Below are positions 19,199 through 28,066 of a DNA stretch of 64,000 bases, in pieces. The stretch lies in the NCBI GenBank assembly GCA_944331875.1, contig CALVJA010000005.1:24134-88133 (forward strand), given 5' to 3'. Under the pieces are notes generated by a model. The model saw only the letters and a list, made by a program, of their open reading frames with translations. It did not search any database and was not told the origin of the DNA. The DNA is from an uncultured Clostridia bacterium. Its GTDB lineage: Bacteria > Bacillota > Clostridia > Christensenellales > DTU072. The position numbers and the translations under genes were made by a program. Position 1 is the first letter of the stretch. Each line of letters begins with the position of its first letter.

Positions 19199-19981
19199 AT
19201 GAGTTTAGGAGAAAGATTTTATAACGCGTTCATATTATATGATCGTTGGAAAATGTATTTTGAGGGGCTTGGCAACACTTTGATAATAGCGGCGTTCGCG
19301 GTCGTTATCGGAGTTGTCATAGGGATATTGCTTGCGCTCGTCAATTATGTGCATAAACGCACCGGAAAACTGAAACCCTTGCACGCCGTGGCGCAGGTAT
19401 ATATCACGGTCATACGCGGAACTCCCGTCGTATTGCAGATGTTCCTAATGTACCTCGTAATATTCGTATCGATGCCTATCGATATACAAATAGGCGGCTT
19501 GGTATGGCGCAGCGGCGGCGGTATCGTTATCGGCGGAATGACGTTCGGGATAAATTCTTCCGCATATGTTGCGGAGATAGTGCGCGCCGGCTTCGAGTCC
19601 GTAGACGAGGGACAAATGGAAGCGGGCAGATCGTTAGGGCTTAGCACCGGGCAGACTATGGGCGCCGTAATAACGCCGCAGGCGGTCAGAAACGTTCTTC
19701 CTCCGCTTTTCAACGAATTCATAATTCTGGTCAAAGAAACCGCTATTATAGGGTATGTCGGAGTTTACGATCTCGGGAAGATCCCTTCCGTGATACAGAC
19801 AAGGACTTTCGATATCCTTCCGCCTCTTATCATCGCCGCGGTGCTTTATCTTATCGTGGTCATGATCTTGACGCTGCTGTTGAAAGTGCTTGAAAAGTGG
19901 CTTGCGAAGAGCGACAGATCCGGCGGTTATAAGCCGATCCGAGTCAGAAAAAAGCTGCGCTTCGGTAAGAAGGAGGCATAA
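19199..19981 (+). CDS. Amino-acid ABC transporter permease (HisMQ/GlnP type)
   Basis: 260 aa with TM helices and the EAA-like loop [30 protein letters not shown]. Confidence 0.85.
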   Translation: MSLGERFYNAFILYDRWKMYFEGLGNTLIIAAFAVVIGVVIGILLALVNYVHKRTGKLKPLHAVAQVYITVIRGTPVVLQMFLMYLVIFVSMPIDIQIGGLVWRSGGGIVIGGMTFGINSSAYVAEIVRAGFESVDEGQMEAGRSLGLSTGQTMGAVITPQAVRNVLPPLFNEFIILVKETAIIGYVGVYDLGKIPSVIQTRTFDILPPLIIAAVLYLIVVMILTLLLKVLEKWLAKSDRSGGYKPIRVRKKLRFGKKEA

Positions 19982-19982
19982 C

Positions 19983-21062
19983 ATGGATAACAAGCTTATC
20001 GAAGTCGTCGGGCTGACGAAAAAATTCGGGGATCTCACCGTTCTGGACAACATCACGGAAAGCATCGCCAAGGGCGAAAAGATAGCCATCATCGGACCCA
20101 GCGGCGGCGGAAAATCGACGTTTTTGAGGTGTTTGAACGTTCTCGAGGATCCCACGGCGGGCAGAGTGTTTTTTGACGGCGTGGATCTTGCCGATGTCAA
20201 GGTCGATATCAACGAGCACCGCCGTAAAATGGGCATGGTTTTCCAGCAATTCAACCTGTTCAACAATCTGACCGTTCGCAAAAACATCACCCTCGCGCCC
20301 GTAAAAACGGCGTACAAGGACATCGCCAAATATCGCAGGGCGAAAGCGTTGGAGCCGCTGTACAACAGGTACGTCGAGATATTCGGAGCCAAGATAAACG
20401 CTTCGCGCGCCGCTAAACGCGAAAAACTCGCCGCCTCGATCGAAACGTTGAAAAGCGAGCTCGAGCCCGTGAACGCAGCGTGGGAGAAGACGAAGTCCGT
20501 CACCGAAAGGGCGGGGAAAGAATACGTGACGTATGACTCGGAGCTCACGAAGAAAAAGCTGAAACTCACCGCGAAGCTCGAAAAAGCGGAACGCGCCTTG
20601 AACCACACCGTGGACATCGCCGAGATGCACGCCGTAATGCCCGCCGAAACCGATAAGAAGAAAATAAAAGCGGACGCGGACGCTCTCGCGATGAAGCTTC
20701 TAAAGCGCATAGGGCTGGAGGAAAAAGCCGATTCATATCCTTCCACGCTGTCGGGCGGACAGAAACAGCGCATAGCGATAGTCAGGGCGCTCGCGATGAA
20801 CCCCGAGGTCATGCTCTTCGACGAACCTACTTCGGCTCTCGATCCCGAGATGGTGGGCGAGGTCCTGGACCTAATCCGCGAACTTGCGGCGGAAGGAATG
20901 ACGATGGTCATCGTCACCCACGAAATGGGATTCGCGCGCGAAGTCGCCAGCCGCGTCATGTTCATGGACTCCGGTAAAATAGCCGAACAGGGCACCCCGG
21001 AGGAGCTTTTCGGAAACCCGAAGTCTCCTAGGTTGAAGGAATTTTTAGCAAAAGTTCTTTAA
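19983..21062 (+). CDS. Amino-acid ABC transporter ATP-binding protein with a ~115-aa helical insertion
   Basis: Start at ATG 19983 ([16 protein letters not shown]), 1 nt after the permease stop. It has Walker [11 protein letters not shown]-loop MVFQQFNLF, signature LSGGQKQR, Walker [12 protein letters not shown] and an H-loop VTHEMGFA. At 359 aa it is longer than the ~240-250 aa usual for this family. Confidence 0.85.
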   Translation: MDNKLIEVVGLTKKFGDLTVLDNITESIAKGEKIAIIGPSGGGKSTFLRCLNVLEDPTAGRVFFDGVDLADVKVDINEHRRKMGMVFQQFNLFNNLTVRKNITLAPVKTAYKDIAKYRRAKALEPLYNRYVEIFGAKINASRAAKREKLAASIETLKSELEPVNAAWEKTKSVTERAGKEYVTYDSELTKKKLKLTAKLEKAERALNHTVDIAEMHAVMPAETDKKKIKADADALAMKLLKRIGLEEKADSYPSTLSGGQKQRIAIVRALAMNPEVMLFDEPTSALDPEMVGEVLDLIRELAAEGMTMVIVTHEMGFAREVASRVMFMDSGKIAEQGTPEELFGNPKSPRLKEFLAKVL

Positions 21063-21069
21063 TTTAATT

Positions 21070-21233
21070 GTGTCGGCTCAAGCCGATTTTCGACTCCGTA
21101 GGGCGCGTCTTTTCCGCCATATTCTTAAAAGCCCCGCTCGGCAATACCGCAAGAGTATTGACTTCGGGGGCTTTTTGCGATATGACAAAAAATCTTTCGC
21201 CCTACGGAGCCGAAAATCGACTTTCACCGCCAC
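21070..21233. repeat. 164-bp TIR-bounded miniature element (variant type)
   Basis: The left end GTGTCGGCTCAAGCCGATTTTCGACTCCGTAGGGCG pairs with the right end CGCCCTACGGAGCCGAAAATCGACTTTCACCGCCAC. There is an internal hairpin AAAAGCCCC...GGGGCTTTT. It begins 8 nt after the ABC ATPase stop. Confidence 0.7.
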
Positions 21234-21345
21234 AACGGCGCCGTCGGAAGCTTTTGGCTTGTGGCACTTAAATGTTTTTAACGAAGTATTGTCTTACAAC
21301 GCGACACTCCACTAATAAATAAACATAAAATCGACGATGTGCCCA

Positions 21346-21476
21346 ATCTTACGCTTCCCGGCGCCTTTTTCGCCGAAAGAAATTCCTTGGTTACTTGGTT
21401 GAATTTCTTTCGGCGAGGCACCGCGCGAGCGCGGTGTTGTTATGCGGTTGATTAATTTAGCTCATTAGGAAGTATA
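21346..21476 (+). repeat. ~131-bp repeat block, nearly identical to 46886-47018
   Basis: Contains a perfect 15-bp-stem hairpin CGCCGAAAGAAATTC-(15 nt)-GAATTTCTTTCGGCG and the hairpin CACCGCGC-GA-GCGCGGTG. The copy at 46886-47018 differs at only a few positions. Confidence 0.75.
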
Positions 21477-21639
21477 GTGTCGGTGAAGCAAAAATTTTGG
21501 TGTTCTGTGGTAGGAGATTTTTCGCTAATGCGAAGAAAACTTCCGACGTTAATACCCGGAGGGTCTTAGCTAGGAAGTTTTCAAAGTAGTAGCGGAAAAG
21601 ATACGCCGCAGGGCATCAAAATTTTTGATGAGCCGACAC
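21477..21639 (+). repeat. 163-bp TIR-bounded miniature element (MITE/REP-like) with a conserved central hairpin
   Basis: Termini are GTGTCGGTGAAGCAAAAATTTTG and CAAAATTTTTGATGAGCCGACAC. The central hairpin is GAAAACTTCC-GACGTTAATACCCGGAGGGTCTTAGCTA-GGAAGTTTTC. It ends 5 nt from the ybaK stop. Confidence 0.75.
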
Positions 21640-21644
21640 AAAAA

Positions 21645-22145
21645 TTATTTCACTTCGTCTCGAGACGCGTCTCGAGACGAAACCCCTACGAACCTTCCTT
21701 CCGCGGCGTTTTTGAGCGCTATAGGCGATATTTTTATCTGCAGTCCCACTCTGCCGCCGGATACGAAAATATAGTCTAAATTTTCCGCCGAGGAGTCGAT
21801 AAAGGTGGGGAATCGCTTTTTCATGCCTATCGGGGAACAGCCGCCGTGTACGTAGCCGGTGATGGGCAGTAGATTTTTCGCGGGCAGCATATTGACCGAC
21901 TTCTCCCCCGCGGCAAGGGCGGCTTTTTTTAGGTCGAGTTCCTCCGCTGCCGGTATGACGAAAACATAATGCTCCCCCGATTTCCCTATGGTGACGAGGG
22001 TCTTGTAGACGAATCGGGGATCGACTCCGAGAAGTCTTGCCGCCTCGGTGCCGGAGACCGCTTCTTTTATATTCAAAGCGACCGCTTCGTAGCCCGTGCC
22101 CAAAGTGTCCAGAATGCGCAATGCGTTGGTCTTCGATACTTTCAT
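21645..22145 (-). CDS. ybaK: Cys-tRNA(Pro)/Cys-tRNA(Cys) deacylase (YbaK/EbsC family)
   Basis: 166 aa with N-terminal KTNALRILD and GYVHGGCSPIGMKK, typical of YbaK. Confidence 0.8.
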   Translation of the reverse strand: MKVSKTNALRILDTLGTGYEAVALNIKEAVSGTEAARLLGVDPRFVYKTLVTIGKSGEHYVFVIPAAEELDLKKAALAAGEKSVNMLPAKNLLPITGYVHGGCSPIGMKKRFPTFIDSSAENLDYIFVSGGRVGLQIKISPIALKNAAEGRFVGVSSRDASRDEVK

Positions 22146-22147
22146 AC

Positions 22148-23854
22148 TCAGAATATCTCTATATCGAGTACGGATTCGTCGGGCGTCGATTCCTCCTCGC
22201 GTTTTCGGACGCCGAGCCGCTCCTCCATTTTGACGATGCAGCGGCGGTGTTCTTCGCGCGTGAACGTGTAGAAGAAGTACGGTATCGTGGAAACGACGAG
22301 TCCGACCGCGGTTATCAATATGTGCGCCATGTAAACGTTGTCGGCAATTCCGGAGTCGAACATGACGTCCCAGTCGCTGGTGAGCCCCTGCGATTCCAAT
22401 ATGAACGGCGTAACGTAGCTGAACGCCAACGTCAAAGGAGCGAAAAGATATTGGAACAGCGTTATGAAACTGTCCGCTCTTTCACCGGTCTTACATTGGT
22501 AATAATCGAGCTGGTCGGCGATAAACGATTTGCCCACGCCGTTGTTTACGGTTGAGGCGATGTTTTTGATAAGCATCACGAACACGTATCCGACCAGGCT
22601 CTGACCCATGATGGCGAGTATGCTCAGTCCCATGGACGCTACCCACAGCACGCGGCACCACACCATTATCGTACGCTTTTCGAAGCGCCGCACCAGCCAC
22701 GGGGATATGAAATTCGCGACTATCGCGGTGGCTCCCGATACGAACACGATGACGCCGGAGAGCCATTCCATGCGCGTCGTGTAGATTATGTAGTAATCGA
22801 GTACTTTGTTCGCGGTGTTATTGAAGTATCCGACGTAGTTTGCAAGCTGTATCATCCAGATGTTCTTGCTCTTCAATATCTTCTTCGCGCCCCGCCAGAA
22901 TTCCACCTTGGGGCGGTTTTCGACGTCCTCGATGACGCGTTCCTTACAGGGTATTATAAACAGTCCGACGAGTATCGAAAACAGCGTTAAAAGCGGGATG
23001 AAAACCCTGTAGCTCATGATGTTCAGCAGGCCGCCCGTCGCCTGCGCCACGATGGGGAAACCTATGCGGTACACGCTGCCGAGCACGCCGGTGATTATCG
23101 GTATTATGCTCAAAAATTTCTGTCTTTCGTCCGAGTTCGGCGTCATCACGTTGATGATGTCGTCGGAATGGGTCTGATAGGTATTCAGGAATCTGTTGAG
23201 ACACGTGAACAGGAAGCTGATGACGATGAGAAGCGTCGTATAGTCCATCGTATCGTAGGGAAGATACACGATAGCCAGGAATATAAGCGCGGTAGGCCAG
23301 CCGAGCGCGATGAGCTGCGGTTTGTATCTGCCGTATTTTGCGCTGAACAGGCGGCGCGTAATGTAGTTGAAGTAGAAAAATATGACGTTTCCGAACAGCT
23401 CGCACGCTATTATCTGCGGCAGTCCTTTTATGAGAGATTCGAACGGCACGGGATCTACGAACATCAGCGCCGCGCCGACCGCGACCTGCATGAAGTTCAG
23501 CGAGTGCATCGCTATAAGCGTTTTCCGCTCCAATCTGCCGTGGTTTTCAAAGATAAGGATATTGAACGGCTGCATGAAAATGAGCAGGAAACTCATTATC
23601 TGCGTTATTATGCTTATGATCGCTATATCCGCGTACGCTACCCCCATTATAGCGCCCACCAGGAAAGCGGAGGCGGAGAATTGCACGATCTCCTCTATGT
23701 ATTTGGTGGCGTCGTTGCCGGTGACGCCTATCGTATAAGCCACGACCTCGCGGTAGGGGATATATTCGCCTTTCCGCGGCACTCTCCAATGGTGGCGCAC
23801 GTCGTAGGCGACGCCTTTTATGAGTTCTTTCGCTTTCGTCGTTATCTTGCCCAT
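22148..23854 (-). CDS. GPH/MFS-like polytopic transporter (paralogue of 26173-27957)
   Basis: 568 aa, about 12 TM helices. Its N-terminal region resembles that of the 26173-27957 protein (PRKGEYIPYREVVAY vs PPKGRYLNLKEIVCF). Confidence 0.6.
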   Translation of the reverse strand: MGKITTKAKELIKGVAYDVRHHWRVPRKGEYIPYREVVAYTIGVTGNDATKYIEEIVQFSASAFLVGAIMGVAYADIAIISIITQIMSFLLIFMQPFNILIFENHGRLERKTLIAMHSLNFMQVAVGAALMFVDPVPFESLIKGLPQIIACELFGNVIFFYFNYITRRLFSAKYGRYKPQLIALGWPTALIFLAIVYLPYDTMDYTTLLIVISFLFTCLNRFLNTYQTHSDDIINVMTPNSDERQKFLSIIPIITGVLGSVYRIGFPIVAQATGGLLNIMSYRVFIPLLTLFSILVGLFIIPCKERVIEDVENRPKVEFWRGAKKILKSKNIWMIQLANYVGYFNNTANKVLDYYIIYTTRMEWLSGVIVFVSGATAIVANFISPWLVRRFEKRTIMVWCRVLWVASMGLSILAIMGQSLVGYVFVMLIKNIASTVNNGVGKSFIADQLDYYQCKTGERADSFITLFQYLFAPLTLAFSYVTPFILESQGLTSDWDVMFDSGIADNVYMAHILITAVGLVVSTIPYFFYTFTREEHRRCIVKMEERLGVRKREEESTPDESVLDIEIF

Positions 23855-23867
23855 ATCTTATCCCCCC

Positions 23868-24761
23868 TTATTCCGCGTAGATCAATTCGTAGCCGTCGCG
23901 CTCTCTGCCGTTGTTGGTGGGATACCATTTTTTGCCCCACGCGCCCGACTCCTCCAAGGCGGCGACCTCGCTTTCCGTCTTGTTTACATATATTGTGACG
24001 ATGGCGTTGGTGTTGTACATCGCGTATTCGCCTATCCTTTCGACGGAAGCGGGGATAGAGAGCTCAGTAAAATCTTCCGACCAGCAATATGCGAAAGCGT
24101 CCTTGCCGATCTCTATAAGCCCCTCGGGAAGCGTGAATCCCTTTACTGCGGAGCAGTAGTGGAAGGCTTTTTCTTCTATGACTTCGAGGGAATCCGGTAA
24201 ATTTATCTCTTCCAAATGTCCGCATTTGTAAAACGCTTTGCTGCGGATGACTCTGACCCCGTCCGGGATCGTGTAACTAAGTCCCGCGGAATCGTCCAGG
24301 ACGACGTTATCGTCGCTTATATCGACCCCTTTCGCGGGCGGGTACGCCACCAGCGTTTCGAGGTCTTTCGTATATATCACTCCGTCTATCGACGTAAAAT
24401 ATTCGTTCTCGGGTGAAACGTTGAACGCCTGCAGCTTTTGATTGTTCGTCATAGCCCAAGCGCCTATCTCGCGCACGTTTTTTCCGATGTTTATGACCCG
24501 CAAAGTCTCCGCGTTGCAAACGGAAAAATCGGATATCACCGTGACGGGCACGCCGTCGACGTCGTCCGGGATAGTGACGGTATCCCTTATGGTGGAATCG
24601 GTATAGTCCTCGATGTGGACCTCGCCGTTCCTAACGACATACCCGAGTCCCGTGTCGCCGAGGGCGGTGGGGAATACTATTTCCTCGCACCCCGCCGCGA
24701 AGACCACGGGCGACAGAACGCAAAGCACGATCAAAACCCCCAAAAAACGCTTTTTCATCAT
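23868..24761 (-). CDS. BspA-type leucine-rich-repeat lipoprotein
   Basis: 297 aa with signal plus lipobox VVFAAGC and repeated IP-x-x-V-x-x-I-x-x-x-AF-x-x-C units. Confidence 0.7.
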   Translation of the reverse strand: MMKKRFLGVLIVLCVLSPVVFAAGCEEIVFPTALGDTGLGYVVRNGEVHIEDYTDSTIRDTVTIPDDVDGVPVTVISDFSVCNAETLRVINIGKNVREIGAWAMTNNQKLQAFNVSPENEYFTSIDGVIYTKDLETLVAYPPAKGVDISDDNVVLDDSAGLSYTIPDGVRVIRSKAFYKCGHLEEINLPDSLEVIEEKAFHYCSAVKGFTLPEGLIEIGKDAFAYCWSEDFTELSIPASVERIGEYAMYNTNAIVTIYVNKTESEVAALEESGAWGKKWYPTNNGRERDGYELIYAE

Positions 24762-24964
24762 AACGGACTCCGTGAATACCCCGCTTTTGAGCGCGGGAAA
24801 AAGTTTATGAAATTATGTTTCGAAGCATACGCCTCGGTAAGGGAGAGCCGCGCGCCGAATAAGCCGCGGTCGAACGACTTGCAGCGTACAGCGTCGTTTT
24901 CGGAGAAAAAGCCCAAAAACACTGCAGTAAAGACGGCTTGTATCAATTTTTGTTTAGAATTCAT
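24758..24964 (-). CDS. Possible small membrane protein (68 aa) translationally coupled to the LRR lipoprotein gene
   Basis: GAGGGAG RBS 5 nt before the ATG. There is an ATGA stop/start overlap with the downstream gene and one hydrophobic helix (LIQAVFTAVFLGFF). No homology recognised. Confidence 0.35.
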   Translation of the reverse strand: MNSKQKLIQAVFTAVFLGFFSENDAVRCKSFDRGLFGARLSLTEAYASKHNFINFFPRSKAGYSRSPL

Positions 24965-25021
24965 TCCGGCTCCCTCAGGCGCGCGCCTATGTAACTATAT
25001 TATCATCCGGCAATGGCGATG

Positions 25022-26131
25022 TCAATACAGAGCCTTTGCGCCGCGCTTCAATAAAAAATTGCATTCCAAAGATGCGTTGTACAATTTTCTCCTCTTGTCC
25101 GCCGCGATTCCTATCGCCTTTTCCGCAAACGGATATGCGGTCAGTATACCCGCGGTGAATCCGGGCATCGCCTTCAGCGCCGTGCCGAAGGTTTTATACA
25201 GCTTGAACAGCTCGCGTTCGTTTCCGAGCCTGACGCCGTAGGGCGGATTGGTGACGACATGCCCCGAGGAAAAGCGGGAAGACAGCTCCTTTACGTCGCG
25301 GCATTGGAAATGAACTTTCCCTTTGAGCCCCGCCGCGGCGAGGTGTTTTATCGCGAGCCGCACCGCCTCGGGGTCGATGTCGTAGCCGCAGATATCGGGC
25401 GTGACGTCGACTATTTCGGATGACAGCCGCTCGCGCACCTTTTCGGCATTCGCCGAACTGAAAAGAGGGTAACGCTCGAACGAAAAGGAGCGGTTTAGCC
25501 CCGGCGCGGTGTTCGTCGCCATCAAAGCCGCCTCTATCGGTATCGTGCCGCTTCCCGAAAAGGGATCTATCAGAACGCCGCCGTTATATCCCGCGAGGAT
25601 GAGCATCGCCGCGGCGAGCGTCTCCGCAAGCGGCGCCGCCCCCACATACGTCCTGTAGCCGCGCTTGTGGAGCGGCTCTCCCGACGTATCCAGAAGTATC
25701 TTTGCGTTGTCGTCGTCTATCGACACTAGGAAGCGATAGCGCTCTCCCGTCTCCGACATACTTCCGCCCATATTGGCGGCGACGGCGCGTTTCGTAACGC
25801 TCTGCACGGCGCTTAAAGCGAACAATTTCGATTTGTGCGACCGCGCGTCCACGGTGACTCGCGCGTCCCTCGGCAGAAAATCTTTGAACGGTATGCCCGC
25901 GACAAGCTCGTAAAGCTCGTCGAAAGTCTCCGCGACCCCTTCGGATATCGTGAAATACACTCTTCCCGCCGTTCTCAGGCGCATATTCAGTTCCGCCGCG
26001 CATTCCGCGCCGCCCTTTACGGGCACAAGCCCGTATTCGGCGCTCCCGGGAGTATAGCGCATTCGGATAAGTTCCTTTTTGACAACGCTCTCCACGCCCG
26101 AGGCGGCGGCAACGTAAAATTTATCGAACAT
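25022..26131 (-). CDS. THUMP-domain class I SAM-dependent RNA methyltransferase (RlmL/YpsC-like)
   Basis: 369 aa with SAM-binding LIDPFSGSGTIPIEA and catalytic VVTNPPYG. Confidence 0.8.
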   Translation of the reverse strand: MFDKFYVAAASGVESVVKKELIRMRYTPGSAEYGLVPVKGGAECAAELNMRLRTAGRVYFTISEGVAETFDELYELVAGIPFKDFLPRDARVTVDARSHKSKLFALSAVQSVTKRAVAANMGGSMSETGERYRFLVSIDDDNAKILLDTSGEPLHKRGYRTYVGAAPLAETLAAAMLILAGYNGGVLIDPFSGSGTIPIEAALMATNTAPGLNRSFSFERYPLFSSANAEKVRERLSSEIVDVTPDICGYDIDPEAVRLAIKHLAAAGLKGKVHFQCRDVKELSSRFSSGHVVTNPPYGVRLGNERELFKLYKTFGTALKAMPGFTAGILTAYPFAEKAIGIAADKRRKLYNASLECNFLLKRGAKALY

Positions 26132-26172
26132 AACGTTTCGGCGCCGTACGGCGCCGAACTCCTTTTTATCGT

Positions 26173-27957
26173 TTAATCTTTTTGGTCTTCCGGATCGTCG
26201 CTCGCGGTGGCGGACGGAGTTTCTTGATTTTCCTTCGTTTCCGCCGTGACGCCCGTCGTATCGGTTACCGTTTCTTCGTTTTCGGACACCGAATCGGCGC
26301 TTCCGTGATATGCAGCGACGCCCATTATCACGGCGGCTTCTTCCTCGTTTATAGCGTTTATCGAAGCCTTGCCCACTTCCTCGTCAAGGGTGTATTTGCC
26401 TTCTTCGCGGCTCTTTTGCTCCAATGCCGCGACGATCTGAGCGTGCTCTTTTTTGCCGAGAGGATAAAAACATATTACGATAAACATCAACGCGGCTGAA
26501 ATTGCAGAAACACACAAAGCAAGGTCGAAATAATCCGTTGCGATAGTCATTAACTCATCGGACACAGTTTGTACGTTATAGTAGTTGGCGGGCTGATATC
26601 CCATACCTTGTTTTACATAGGCTATGACGACGTAGCCGATGTTGGTCGCCACCAGCACCAGAACGTACGCAAAGGTCTGCATATAGCCTTCCAAACGTTT
26701 GCCGGTTTTTAATTGCTGATAGTCGGACATCTGTCCCATCATCAACGGCTGCAGGCTGGCGATCGCATTAAACAGAGCTATGTACCTTAATAACGTAATG
26801 GCGAAAGCGCTTTGCCAACCTTGGGGGATGTTTGCTATGCCTATGCAGGCCAATATCAAATATCCCACAACGTTACAACCCGACCAAATCATCAATATAT
26901 GTTTACTGTTCATTTTGCGGGTCATCAGCGGAAGCAGTATCATATTCGGCGTTACTGCGAAACCCGTTATAAGAGATAGTGAAGAGAATATCGCCCAGCC
27001 TTGATCGATAGTGGAGGCGTATCGCAGTTTACCCATTACGGAGGCGTCTATCTCGATCGTCGTGCGCAGACAGCCGCAAATCAGCGCGAGAGAGAATATC
27101 ATCAGCGGCTTGTTTTTGACTATCATTTTCAAACCTTCAAAAAGTCCGACTTTTTCGGTGTTTTCGTTGGTAACGATGATACGCTCTTTGACCTTCAGCA
27201 GCAGCATGACCAGCAATAAACCGAATACCGCGTAAACAAGCCCCATATATCTGTAAGCCAAATACTCGCGGCTGACGACTTCGCCCAAATCGTTGATGTA
27301 AGTATCGTTTATGAAGAAGCCGCGCACCCAGCCGTTCAGGAAGTTCATCAGCGTGGGAGAAAATCCTATAACGAGTCCTATCGGCGCCCAGATATCTGTC
27401 CTTTCCTGCTGGTTCGGGGTGACAACGCTGGGCATCATGTAGAATGTGTTGTTGAACAGATTCCAAAGGATCAGCGTAGGTGTGCAGATGCAATACGCGT
27501 AAATTATCTTACTCGGATGATTGAACGCAAGATCTTGAATAAAATCGGGCGACCAGGTGGCGGCTATCGCAAACGCGGCGAAAACGGGAGCCATAAATAA
27601 TATGTAAGGTTTATATTTGCCCCATTTCGTGTTTGTATTTTGCAAAAGTTTACCGAAGAGCGGCTGTATTATCAGCCCTAAAATGCTTGCTATCAGACAT
27701 ATGTACGGTCCGTGGATAACGTCTATGCCGAATTGCTCGGATATCTGCGTGGCGGTGATAAGACCGGATACTATGCATACCAAGGTCGAAACGCCGAATG
27801 CACTGCCGCCGAAGCAGACTATCTCTTTCAAATTCAGATATCTGCCTTTCGGCGGGTTCTTCCAGAAGACTTTTATCTTTGCGGGGAGAGTCTTCAGGAA
27901 ATTTTTGAGCGAAAATTTTGGTTTTTGTTCTGGAGTTACTTGCAAATTGTCGTCCAT
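26173..27957 (-). CDS. GPH/MFS-like polytopic transporter with an acidic C-terminal tail
   Basis: 594 aa, multiple TM helices, paralogous to 22148-23854. Confidence 0.6.
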   Translation of the reverse strand: MDDNLQVTPEQKPKFSLKNFLKTLPAKIKVFWKNPPKGRYLNLKEIVCFGGSAFGVSTLVCIVSGLITATQISEQFGIDVIHGPYICLIASILGLIIQPLFGKLLQNTNTKWGKYKPYILFMAPVFAAFAIAATWSPDFIQDLAFNHPSKIIYAYCICTPTLILWNLFNNTFYMMPSVVTPNQQERTDIWAPIGLVIGFSPTLMNFLNGWVRGFFINDTYINDLGEVVSREYLAYRYMGLVYAVFGLLLVMLLLKVKERIIVTNENTEKVGLFEGLKMIVKNKPLMIFSLALICGCLRTTIEIDASVMGKLRYASTIDQGWAIFSSLSLITGFAVTPNMILLPLMTRKMNSKHILMIWSGCNVVGYLILACIGIANIPQGWQSAFAITLLRYIALFNAIASLQPLMMGQMSDYQQLKTGKRLEGYMQTFAYVLVLVATNIGYVVIAYVKQGMGYQPANYYNVQTVSDELMTIATDYFDLALCVSAISAALMFIVICFYPLGKKEHAQIVAALEQKSREEGKYTLDEEVGKASINAINEEEAAVIMGVAAYHGSADSVSENEETVTDTTGVTAETKENQETPSATASDDPEDQKD

Positions 27958-28066
27958 TCTTCCTCCGGGCGGGTCTTATATAGTATATCGACGCCGTTTC
28001 GCTCATTATACTACATCGCGCGCCCGCGAGTCAATAGCGAAAAGGAATTCCGACGGACGATGACGA

